Source of the DNA: Amphiscolops sp. MND2022
Lineage: Eukaryota
DNA length: 64,000 nt
Reading direction: 5' to 3'
Assembly: GCA_964187785.1 (NCBI GenBank)
Contig: OZ076409.1
Location: 93,684,001 to 93,748,000, forward strand
The notes under the pieces were generated by a model. That model did no database searches. It saw nothing but the letters and a program-made list of their open reading frames with translations, and was not told where the DNA came from. Shown here one piece after another: positions 1 to 11,266 of this stretch. The position numbers and the translations under genes are program-made. How positions within the stretch are numbered: position 1 is the stretch's first letter; the number at the start of each line of letters is the position of its first letter.

Positions 1-529
1 CTTGTGTCTACTGAAACATCCCAACAAAAATTTAGTGCAGATTTGAAAAAAATATATATTTTCACAACCCATTGTATGATAAAGAGAATTCTTGAGGTCT
101 CTTATGAGATATTTCTGGAACCTCTAATCGTTGAGAATACGATTAAACCTCACCCCGTTCAATTGTTTTTCGTCAGAGTTAAAGGTGTTTTCGGTTGTTA
201 TGCGTTGAACTGCCAGTTTTTGGATAAAAACGTTGATCTTAAAAATGTTGAACTTATCTTGATAAGTTAATGAAATGTGTCGAAACTACATAATTTGTCG
301 ATGATGTTTTTCAATCGATCTCTGGTTAATGGGATAATGCATGAGAAAGTTCCAAACGTTTCCAAATTTTTCAACATTAGCCACTTTCATCAGATATCCT
401 TTGAAATTCGGATAAATCTTTGACACATTTTGATTTTATTACCTTTTTGTCAGCTGTGTATCCAAAACGATAACGCACTTAGAAGTTTTTTCGTTAATCA
501 AATTAACTGTCTTCAGTTTTGGTGGCTTA

Positions 530-1081
530 CCCTTGTTGAACATGCTTGAACTTTTTTACGTGTACTTTAATGTTGCCAGCAACTTTTATTATGATAATCT
601 AAATATCTTACGGAAACATTAATGCGTTAGTATTTCCCTGTTGTCACCAACTTTTATCAAGCTGCTTTAAAGAATCATCAACGTTTTGGCCGCAACTTCA
701 AGCCGTGAAGTTCTGCAAGTTTCAATATGCATCAGTTCTAATTTTAAATGCAGCTGAGACCTCAACAATTTTGCCGCCATCTTAATGCAAATTAACTTCA
801 TTCACAATGTAAACAGCAAACTAGCGTCATCTTCAGCGTCCTATTTGAGAAGCGGTGATTAAATCAGATGAGTATTTGAGAAATCAATGTGTGAATACAA
901 CGTGATCGTGTCCGTAAAAGAAGTGGGACGGACACTTCAAATTTGATTGCAGTAGTGAAAAATGCAGTGTAATTCTTCAAGATTTACGACCGCAACCTTG
1001 CTGAATTTTCTAGGTTTTATAAAAAACTACCCTGCATGCAGGCCTGCAGCATGTAAAAAGTTCCAGCAGTCTCAACTAGGG
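530..1081. mobile_element. MITE with CCC...GGG termini and TA target duplication
   Basis: TA-CCCTTGTTGAACATGCTTGAACTTTTT at 528 and AAAAAGTTCCAGCAGTCTCAACTAGGG-TA ending at 1083 are imperfect TIRs; related copies near 6094-6480 and 32188-32747. Confidence 0.6.
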
Positions 1082-1804
1082 TAGTCTCTGTAGTACGTTT
1101 TTTACAACCGGAATATAAAATTGTACAGTCAAGTGTTAACATACTGGAGTTGAAATATCTTTTCAAATGTAACAGCTATTTCTGTATGACCGAGGTAAAA
1201 ATTGAGATCCATTTATAAAACTAGCTGAAATGCCCAAGGTCACGCAGATTTATTCTTCTGGTTGCCAATATATCCGTTACTTCAGACACATTGTAAAAGG
1301 AGGCGCTTTTGTTTTTTTGTAGAAACTCAAAGCGTCTATAAAATCTCTGGAGTAATCGAAAAAAGACCAAGAGAGTGCATTATAATTGCCCTCTTTTGAC
1401 AAAATCCACTAAAAAGCTTTTTTTTATCAGCCTTGGCGTCCCTTCAGCTCCAAAAAATCTAGATATCTCATGGGTGAAAATCACGCACAAGGCAGTTAAC
1501 TTGTTTTAAGTCTACTCTGTTTTTTTTATCTAGGCTGCAAAATTATGACGTTCAAAAACCAAATTATGATAATGAAGGCACTAGTAACAATTTGTCCGGG
1601 AGATAGTTATATAATGACGTCATGCGACGTTCACTGTAGAAACATGATAAAGTTTAAAACTATTGACGTTCAATGTCTTGTTGCAAAATGGAGGATCGAC
1701 AATCGAAACGTTTCAAGAGATTTAACTAGGAAGCAATTTAAAACGTGCAAAAATTCGAGAACACTTCATTGGTTGTATGAAAACTAGTTTCTCAGACTTC
1801 AATG

Positions 1805-2125
1805 TTTTTAGTCGGCGCTTTTCTAGTGAAAAGTGCCCGACTCTTACACTGGCTAGTTTTTTTTCGTCAGACTACAATCTCACTCTGATTGGGCCACTTT
1901 TCTTACAATCGAAACTACTAAAACTACTACCATAAGGCCAAGTCCGGCCAGCAGAAATTAGTGCAAAAGGGACCCCCTTTCATTTTTTTCGGCATTGTGC
2001 GACTTTTTTTCGAAATTTTTTTAATGTCTCAAAAGAGTCCCTCTTTCGAGTTTTTCGATATTTTGCAACAGAATATATGTTAATAAAGCCCAAAGGGTCC
2101 CCCCTTTTACATTTTTTGGCACTAG
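1805..2125 (+). mobile_element. Helentron-type (HINE/DINE-1-like) repeat, 3'-truncated
   Basis: Starts TTTTTAGTCGGCGCTT and has the family's internal AAAGGGTCCCCC repeats; cut off by a Gypsy relic. Confidence 0.5.
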
Positions 2126-2129
2126 AACC

Positions 2130-4420
2130 AAAACGAACTAAAATATAACTTATGTTCGAGAAAAAAAACCATACAGGAAGCGATGCAAAGGTTCATACAA
2201 AATGTGAAGATGACACAAGATATTGATTTGAACACGATGGCAATTGTAAAAGAAATAATACTAGAATTCAGAGACGATCTAGGATCCAGAATAAATTATA
2301 TTTTCATCTGGGCGTTAGGAGAAGCCGCAGTAATAGAAAGTACTAAGACTGTCAGAGATGTCCTTAAAAAGATGGATAACAATCAACTATATTCCCTGTT
2401 CAGACTACATTTCATCCCGGAAAGGAACAAACTTCATAGTGGGGGTCGATTGTTTTGATACCATGCCAAATTGGAACACGGAAACTACAGACAGAAAAAA
2501 AGTGAATTCAACAATGTAACACCGAAATAAGAATCCGCAAAAAAATTCTTATCTCTAAATGGAAAATCAACTGGAGATTACGAGCTTAAGAGAAAAAGTC
2601 AGAAACGTAACATGGGAATCAAAAGAGTAACGGATATTATCCATTGATACATGTACGATTGACTAATTAGTTCAAACAATTCAAACGATGGAAGAAAAAT
2701 GAAACATGTGCAACAGAAAAACCACAGAATCGAAATCGGTCTGAAAATTTCAGTTACCACAAAAAGAGAAAACGTCCGGAATACCAAAGGGCGAAAATCT
2801 AAGGCAACAAATGCGGACCATCCGGAGCACCAAACTGAACGAGACAACATAACTGCCGCGCGAACGGCGTCGGTTGCAAAAATTACGAAAAGACATTTTG
2901 AAAAAAAAGTGCTGACTCCCCAAAAAGATACAACAATTACAAAAAGCAACCTCGGCAGCAGTTGAAAAGAATTGGGACTAAATAAAACTCAAAACAAAAA
3001 CACCATAGAAGGGAGAAAGAAGACTCTCACGTAACACCCTTGGTAAACGAAGTCCCAAATTAAATAAATATAGACATCGGTTCACCGGTGACACTCATAA
3101 TGCGATGCGTTTTTAACACCGGAACAAAGGTTTTAAGAAGAAACTAAACACAAATTACAAAGATATCAACTAAACAAAATAAATAAAAACAGCAGTGAGA
3201 ACAAGCAACGAGACTCTTCAACTACCTTTACTAATTGCATCACCAACATAATTGGACTGGATGCAACGTTGGGAAATAGCCCTTAGCTCACCGCCGACCG
3301 AGAAAATAAAACAAACGAAATAGAATCCGACGGAACGGAAAATATAGCACTAAACTTAAAGAACGAAATTTGGGACTTATATTTATTACAATAACAATAC
3401 AGAAATAAAAAACCTTCTTAGTAAAACTCAATCAAGAATAGGTGCGAGCATAATGCGAGCATAATACAACCAAAAGGACGTCCGATAAGCATTCATTTGC
3501 CCTCATAAACTATTTGAAAACTGGTGTATGGAAAAAACAACTGAAATATCGAAAGTTTGCGTTGTGAGCCCAGCTGTGATAACAGTTTAGAAATACAATT
3601 TTAAAAATTGTTCGAGAAAATTAGAAGAAGTAACAAATAAAAAGAAACAAAAATGACGGACATGAAAGTATAAATAGTAAGAGTATCACAAAAAACCCTC
3701 TGAGAGAAAAACAGGGAAATCCTGATAACAAAAATAGGTTTGGACTGCGCATATGGACAGATCAAGTTGGACGAACAAACCAGACACCCATTGATACTCA
3801 CCGTCACAGGAGACGGATTCACCGGAAACTACAAACTGGCAGATATTCTTCCAGTCTTTCAAGAACGAATAGATAAAATCTTGAATTCAAACATTAGGCA
3901 TGGTTGGTCGACGTAATAATAAGAATAATAACCGAAGGAACTGCGGATATACACAAACTGAAGGTCAAACAAACCATGAAAAACTAATAGAAACAGGATA
4001 CCCACCATATGCTTGAACCACTGAGGATACCACTCTGTATGCTTGAACAGCCGAAACAAACAATATGGATGAAGCCATGAGAACAATCAACGAAATTTCG
4101 GACTCACTAACTCTCGAGTATAGAAACGGTGACGAAAAATCCCAAAAACCGAAACAAAGCAATACTTGAGTAAAACAAATGAAAATCCACAACAACCATT
4201 AGAAAGTGCACAAGAATAAAATTTAAAAATCCAACGATAAAATATGGTAACATTCTGTCCTTTAAAATGGTACACAACAAAACCAATGACAAGCTCAGTC
4301 ATTCTGGAAAATGAGAGAAAGGCAATGGAGAGAAAACCGGAGACGAGACCTACCGTCAAATAACAGAAAACTGAGTAAAACTCACTGTTTGCGAGTACGA
4401 AATTGTATATAATCGTATCG
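2130..4420 (+). pseudogene. Decayed Gypsy-type LTR retrotransposon (gag/protease/RT remnants)
   Basis: Broken frames: gag-like FIWALGE...LFRLHFIPERNK (2183-2458), protease-like IDIGSPVTLI (~3070), RT-like GLDCAYGQIKLDE (~3737); many stops and frameshifts. Confidence 0.6.
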
Positions 4421-6503
4421 ATGAAGATAACATTTGTTATCAATTTTTGTTGTATATCATCAATCACTTCTTTATCATATTTGAAAGTAATTGAAACTTC
4501 TTACTGCAGGGAAAATGTGGCATGGTGCATATAGCTTATTGATAGTTATCACTAGGTTATCACTATCACGTTGTTACCTTATCTATTGAGGTAACGGGTT
4601 CTAATTACTGAAGTTCGAGAATGCAGTAAAAACTTATAATCATCGGAGCTAAAACATTTTTCCTTTAATGTCTTAACTATCAGTTTTTCTTCTGTTTAAC
4701 CCTATACATGTCTGTTTTTTTTTGGTCCGAATAACTTTCGATACTAGTTACAATTTGAAAATTAGAGCTCTGAGTTTTCCAAAAGTTTGGCTAATGGTAC
4801 CATGGAACCCTTCCCAAGATCATGGTTAATCATGGTTAGCCTTTGCACGATCTTGCATGGGCATGGTATCCTTGCCAAGATCATGGCAAGATCATGGCAT
4901 GATCTTGGCAAGGCTAGCAAGGAGCTTGTCATGGATCTTGGCAAGAGTACCATGGCTTCGAACACTGGCCAGCTATAAAAGAAACTATCGTAAAATAAAT
5001 ACCATTTTGATATAAATGTAGTTGATTTTTAACCCCGGAATAGATTGTTTGTAATAGAATCTGCTTTTTACTCGTACAACAATGGCTCTTTTTGTGATTT
5101 CGCTTTGGTTTTCATCAAGATTTACGGTTTTTATCGGAGATGACCCGAACGAAATGACTGCAATTTTCGAAAAAAAACTAACTCTCTAGTTTGTAGCATT
5201 AGAAAATTAGGAACAAACTTTTGGCATCATTAATTGGGATTTGCATTGTCCTCTTTGAATTGTAGTTTTCTGAAAAGCTATTTTGTGATGGAGCAAAGGA
5301 CCTAACAAAAATAATGAGGTTACAATGGAAAATAAATTGCTACAGCTAAGCCAAGCATTCGGTACTTTCTTGAAAAGGCATTACTATTAACTCTGTTCAT
5401 AATCCTTCCTGATAGAAGTACGTAGAAGGTATTTCTCAATCCTATCAACGTGGAAAATTGCAAAAGGTTCGTTAATTTGCCTTTTTAATTCCGGATCCTT
5501 GAAGTTTATTAGACTTTCTTCTTCCTCTAATGTAGTTTTATGAAAAGCTCTCTTTTTTCCATTATTCGGACATCGCTAATAAAATTAAAATAATTCTTGG
5601 GAGGATTAAAACACTACTTTCGTAAGCTCAAATCAATCTGCCCATTTTTGAAGTCTTTTTCTTATTTCCTTCGGTGTGGCGAAGCGTTTAGTATTCATGT
5701 CACCTAATGCGTGGCGAATCTGATGTGCGATACAAAAAATACAAAAAGATTTCTTTTTTTGTTGATTAACCTGTTGATCAATTTCTTTCCAGCTCGTTGA
5801 AGAGAAACAAGACCGTCATGAGTCATTGCTTTGTCAATTGGGTTTGATAGTTGTTCCAAAAAGGGGGTGTTGCGAACTCAGCTGTTCGAAATTGACAAGA
5901 AAATAACCAATTTTTTTTATTTCTCGTGTAAAAATTTGACGGCGGTTTAGCATGAAGCTTTGAGCATGAAACTTTACAATTGAGAAAACCTATCTATGTT
6001 AGGAAGCGTTCCGGAATTGAAAGCGTGAAACGTTCAACAGCCCAAGTCGACCTACTTGCAAAATTCATTTGGAAAAAAAAATTGATTTGGTAACCCTAGT
6101 TGAAACTGCTTGAACTTGAGCTAATTTTTCACAATTTTATAAAAAATTTTCCATGGATTAAAATTTCACTGATTCAATTCAGTTTTATCCAGCTGCCTAA
6201 AAGATGGACCCTAAATTTGGGGGAAATTCATAGCCATGGAGTTTCATAAGCTCCATTATTTATTAAGTTCTTTTTTGAAATGCAGCTGAAGTTTTATCAC
6301 TTTTACCGCTGTTTTAATGCAAATTAATTCTTGTCAATTTGCAATTTGAATAACGTTGATTACATAAGTAGCGTAATTGGGAAAATAACATGTGAAAACA
6401 AAGTGACAGAGACGGTGATTTTTTTCTCAAAAGTATATGAAATAGCTGCATTGTAATCCTAATATTTTTTCAAGCAAGTTCCCTTAATTTTCTATGTTGG
6501 GTA

Positions 6504-6830
6504 AACAAGCCGGGAACGACATAAGCCGGTGCTATATCTAAGGCTTAAAAAAGCAAACCTTTTAGAACATGCTCAGAACTGCTCAACAAAAACTCACAAA
6601 AAAGTTCCAAACACCCTCGAAAAACCAAAACGACCGAACTGGCGCGCGGGTGCCCCTGACGAGCTAAAAGTAGGGACCATTTTGTCTTTTTTGATATCCA
6701 ATTTGCTGAAAAATACCAATGAAATTGAAAAGGGACCCTTTTGAGAAAAAACAATTTTGAGGAAAAGTCTCACAATGTCGAAAAAACTGAAAGGGGACCC
6801 TTTAGTCTCGCTGGGGTTTGTCTGTTAAGC
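6504..6830 (-). mobile_element. HINE/DINE-1-like repeat copy, reverse orientation, partial
   Basis: Begins AACAAGCCGGGA, the reverse complement of the family terminus TCCCGGCTTGTT. Confidence 0.5.
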
Positions 6831-7144
6831 TTTAAAAAAATTTAAAAACCCTAAAGTTTATCTCTTTGGGCCATATGACCCTATTTGCTTTAAATATTTG
6901 TAGACTCTGAAGCTGACACTAGTAGTTCAGCTGACACTAGTGTAGTTACGAAAGCTCTTCGTTGGATAAAAGCAATAAGCTGTCTACTTCCTGCAAGATC
7001 CAATTAAAGTTGGATAAAACGTCAACATTTCGAATTTCAACTTCGCAGTATAAAGGCTACCAAGAATTATTTTCAAACTTCTACGAAAAGACATCCTGTT
7101 TCTATTTGTCCTTCTATGCAATGCATGGATTTTTTGCATGCTCA

Positions 7145-7700
7145 TTAGTCGGCGCTTTTCGTAGAAAACGCAGACTATGGCAGTGACTTTTCTTTTTTTC
7201 TTTTTTAAGACCAACGAGCTGACAGATTTTATAAGCTTTATAAGCTGACTTGCACTAACACTAACTGCCACACTACTTCTACTGGCACTTGACATAGAGT
7301 TTAATTAGGCTTTTTTGAGGTCTGTCAAGCAGAAGGACGTAGATTCGAGTCCCATCCTTGACCAAAATTTTTTGTGCAGGTTATTTCGGCTTTCTGAGAC
7401 ATTTTCGCATTTTTTAAAAATTTCTCCATAGGGGCCCCTTCAATTTTTTTTCTATTTTGCAAAAGAATTGATGTTCAAAAACTCCTTAAGGGCCCCACTT
7501 TTACATTTTTCGGCAGTATGCGACTTACCGGAAACCAAAAAAATTTCAAGAAAAAAATTCAAAAAAAAATTCCAGAAACTTTTTTTTTCAATTTTTTTCC
7601 TCATGCGGGTACTGTAGAAGAGAATACTTGAAACTTTGAAGTCTTTTTCCTAATTTTGAGCCTTAGATATGGTGCCGACTTGAGCCGTTCCCGGCTTGTT
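7145..7700 (+). mobile_element. HINE/DINE-1-like repeat copy
   Basis: TTAGTCGGCGC at the 5' end; GGTGCCGACTTGAGCCGTTCCCGGCTTGTT at the 3' end. Confidence 0.6.
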
Positions 7701-8060
7701 ATTTTATAATTCATCTGATTCTATACAGTGACACAGTTTTTTGAGCAGTCCGAATTGTCTGAATTTTCACGAAAGGTGTTGGTTTCCGTGAAAAAATCTT
7801 CCGTTTTTCGAACCTTAAACAGTGGGCCGGTTTACTTACATATACAAGAGCTGAAAACATGCAAGCTTTAAACTTGATCTCTAAAGAGATACTTGTAACG
7901 CCTAATGGGCTGACCTTGTGTGTGACTAGTTTTTGAATTCCGCTTTTGATATTTGTTAGAGAAAAATCAGCCCATTGATTTCGGGAAAAAAGTTTGAAAT
8001 CAAGCTGCCGAAACTGTAACTGATTGTAGAGAAGTTTCGTTATCGAAAACTAAGCCGATG

Positions 8061-10110
8061 TGTCACAGCCGCCACAGGGCCGTGAAATAATAAACTTGCA
8101 GAGAACGCCAGAGGAAAGAAATGGGGAAATTAACCAAGAGGAGACTCATAAACCATCACAGACCTGAAAGAGATCAACCAGCGAAACAAACACTTATCAA
8201 CATTAAACAACCCTATAAGTGTGAAAACATTAACATAGCCAACTCTCTGCAGTACCTAAAATAAATAGATATGTAAATATTTAAATAATAATAACATATA
8301 ATAGACGTGATTGATTTGTTTACAGTAGTGCGACCAGCATGCTAACTGAAATTATTCTAACCAGCTCACCGGCCAGCCGACCGTCCCAATAATAGTGCAC
8401 TAATTCTCACTCCCTTTTAAATCAACCAATCAGCGCTAAGCGCAAATGTGCAGTATTAACTCAGCTACTCTGCTAGCCAAGTAATTCAGTCGACAAAGCT
8501 GGGACGCACGCCTGGCTGCTCGACTGAATTAACTGAAATGCTAGTGTACTCAAATGACGCTAAATGTGAAATAAACTCAAATTCAGAGCTTAGAAGAAGC
8601 TTAAAATATGCAGTTTTAAGTAATAGAGTTGGAATATGTAATATTTATAATATACCAAAGTACAATTGTTAATTTGTCAACCATGATTTCTGGGACGGCC
8701 GCTGGGACAACCGTTTTATATTTATAACCTGGGACGACCGCCGGGACAACCAGCCCAACTTAGATGGAGCAGTAAAGAACTAAAACACTACCAGATAATG
8801 AATAACTGCCTTAATACATGTAAATGTGCTATCTTAATTATACACGGAAGGTTACAAATCATTCAAGTAAAGCGAAATGATGAATAATATTAGTACGAGT
8901 CGGGGCACCCGCCTGGACAACCGTTTGATTAATTAATGATGTATCAAATTTGAGTGAATTATTAATACGTTATGATAGTGACAATCGTTCGACATACCAT
9001 ATTTAAAAACCGAATGGAAATTACTCCCAGATGCTACCTAACTGAATAATCTTGCCCCCCTTTTCACATGCATTAATTTGGGCCGTTAGCCTGGTTGCTT
9101 GACCTCGTTTGAATATTATGTCCGTCGACCAGGCATGTGTTTAATGTCTAATTTGTGAAAGCGCGTCGATAGTTGTGATCATCACCCCTAATTTTGTCAA
9201 TTCACAAATTAGTGCAGTTTTCTCTTATGTTGAATTGCTTATTTTATTTCAAGGAAAATTCATTTCCTTTTCCCGCTTCAGTAGCTAGGTTCATGAATTT
9301 CAGTGCCAACTTCACCTTCGGCGTCTTGAAAAGGCGGGGAATGAAGAAGAAAGGGACGCGGAATTGGGAAGCGGCAGGAAGTGAATTCCCACTTTTCTTT
9401 AAAGTGGGTTGAAACCGAATGCCGAGTCCCGAGGAAGAATACCTTATTTGGATTTCCCCGCTTCGGAAAGGACGCCGAGGTGAACAAGGTGTGAATTCAC
9501 GCGCGGGGTTTTCCCCGCGTGTCTAGCGTAAAGTATAAATACCTGAAGCGGGATTAGGAAAAGTTAGTTGACAATTTGATTTTTCCAAGTGCGTTTGATT
9601 AATCATTCTCCGGAAATTTTGCTTTTGTAATAATCGTGTTAATTACTTTTGCTTAGTATAATTCCTTTGTTTCGAAAAACTTTGACAAATTACTGAACTG
9701 AAGTCTCCATTACGTTTGTAACGACTCAAGTTTAATTGAAATATTGTCTCTCCACTATTTTTGCAAGATGCCTGAGAAGTCTCAAAAACGAAAGTTGAGG
9801 AGTGACCAGTCGAATAGCCAGTTCGACATAGAGACCGCAAGCTCAATTAACGACGAAAACGCCGTACTATCGGAAAGGGATTTTGAAGACATATCTAATA
9901 AAATTGAGAATAAAATTTCCAAGCGTCTTAGAGACACTGAACTCAATCAACGTGAGATATTAAAATTGATCGAGAGCCTGTCGTCCAAAGTTGACAACCT
10001 ATCAAGCGTCAATTCTGAACAAGGTTACTTGACGACCAGGACCGAGAATAGTGGAAACCCCACTGAAGAACTAGAAGAAGTTGGTTTATCTAGGAACGAG
10101 AGTTCCAACA
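8061..10110 (+). repeat. 5' LTR (2050 bp)
   Basis: TGTCACAGCC...GTTCCAACA; matches 21660-23709 with about 14 substitutions counted by eye and no indels seen. Confidence 0.97.
9534..9569 (+). promoter_or_regulatory. Candidate LTR core promoter: TATA box plus initiator-like TTAGTT
   Basis: TATAAATA at 9534-9541 and TTAGTT at 9564-9569, 30 nt apart and about 200 nt upstream of the gag ATG. Confidence 0.55.
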
Positions 10111-11186
10111 TGGTGACAGGAGTAATTAGCGAACCGACCTCCAGCAACACCACCCACCCCCGATCTTCGAGCCTGCCGCCTCCAAACCAGAGGCACTCCG
10201 ACGAAATCATCGACAAGCTGTTAGAATCCCTGTACGCAACACAAAAACAGACAGCACAATTACCCCGTCTACCAAAAGCGCTTGCCACGACAATGCCAAC
10301 ATTCGACGGTAAAAACGAGAAGTTTGAACTCTTCGAAGATTTGTTTCAAACAAGCTTGAAGGTCCATCCCCAAATAACGGAGCAAGAGAAAATACATTAT
10401 TTCCACTCCCTACTGCGAGGAGACGCCTTGCAAACCTTTCGGAACATGACCGAAACAACCAAAACCAACCTGAACGACATCATCACCGGATTCAGACGAC
10501 GATATGTAAAAACCCAGTCAATAGCCACTGCTAGGTGTAAGTGGGAAAACCTCACATTCGACCCGGCGAACCAAACATTCCAAGATTTCTTGGAGAACTA
10601 CCAGAAACTTGCCCAAGAGGCATACGCCGACGATGCACCCCGCTTTATAGAAACCTCCTTCTACGCAAAAATGCCGATACATCTCAAAAGAGTGTTAAAT
10701 CAAGCACGCCTTGAAACAGCATCATATGAAACGATGGTCCAGCACCTAGAGCGGGAGATGGAGCTCAACGGATTGGCAAATCCAGAATCCACTACATTTA
10801 CCGGCATACACAATGTCGAACCCGCCAACACATCCAACCAGGAGAGACACCCGAAAACTGCAAGCACGTGCTTTGGCTGCGGACATCAGGGCCACCTCCT
10901 CCGCAACTGCAGGAAGACAAACCGAGACAAACGGAACCAAAAACCCCCCAGCAATAACATCACCGACCCCTGCGAAACATGTGGCAAATTAAGCCACGAG
11001 ACTAAAGACTGCTATTCTGGGGCGAACTGGGCAAACCGCCCTACATGGTGGAAAACGCCTAAACCAACAGGCGCCAACAGTATACCCCTACCACAACAAA
11101 CTGCACCCAAAACTATACAACAACCTCCAGCAAATCAGCAGCCACAAACCGTGGCACAACCACAATACCAGCCAAAAAACTACTGA
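9768..11186 (+). CDS. gag: Gag (472 aa from ATG 9768); first 114 codons lie in the LTR
   Basis: Capsid-like MPTFDGKNEKFELFEDLF...LLRGDAL; two CCHC knuckles CFGCGHQGHLLRNC and CETCGKLSHETKDC. Confidence 0.93.
   Translation: MPEKSQKRKLRSDQSNSQFDIETASSINDENAVLSERDFEDISNKIENKISKRLRDTELNQREILKLIESLSSKVDNLSSVNSEQGYLTTRTENSGNPTEELEEVGLSRNESSNMVTGVISEPTSSNTTHPRSSSLPPPNQRHSDEIIDKLLESLYATQKQTAQLPRLPKALATTMPTFDGKNEKFELFEDLFQTSLKVHPQITEQEKIHYFHSLLRGDALQTFRNMTETTKTNLNDIITGFRRRYVKTQSIATARCKWENLTFDPANQTFQDFLENYQKLAQEAYADDAPRFIETSFYAKMPIHLKRVLNQARLETASYETMVQHLEREMELNGLANPESTTFTGIHNVEPANTSNQERHPKTASTCFGCGHQGHLLRNCRKTNRDKRNQKPPSNNITDPCETCGKLSHETKDCYSGANWANRPTWWKTPKPTGANSIPLPQQTAPKTIQQPPANQQPQTVAQPQYQPKNY
10111..10123 (+). 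other. Primer-binding site, probably tRNA-Leu type
   Basis: TGGTGACAGGAGT directly after the 5' LTR; one mismatch to the complement of the tRNA-Leu(CAG) 3' end (TGGTGTCAGGAGT). Confidence 0.7.
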
Positions 11187-11251
11187 AGCCACGTCTTCGC
11201 TTCGGGGATTACACCGACTTCAGATACTACACCATCTCTGAACCCCCGAAG
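11174..11251 (+). other. gag-pol -1 ribosomal frameshift signal
   Basis: In-frame A AAA AAC (11174-11180) just before the gag stop; the -1 frame is open into pol; pairings CTTCGGGG/CCCCGAAG and TTCAGA/TCTGAA downstream. Confidence 0.8.
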
Positions 11252-11266
11252 GACTTCGAAAAGGAA

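Noticed and set aside
4762..4978. Paired short ORFs on both strands
   Set aside because: Fragment of a CATG-rich MITE-like repeat with no coding signature
5793..5841. Possible upstream GPCR exon (SLKRNKTVMSHCFVNW after TTCCAG)
   Set aside because: Resembles ICL1/TM2 start, but the donor is weak and no adjoining TM1 or TM2 exon was found
9194..9412. 72-aa sense ORF in both LTRs
   Set aside because: TTG start, upstream of the predicted promoter, and disrupted in the solo LTR
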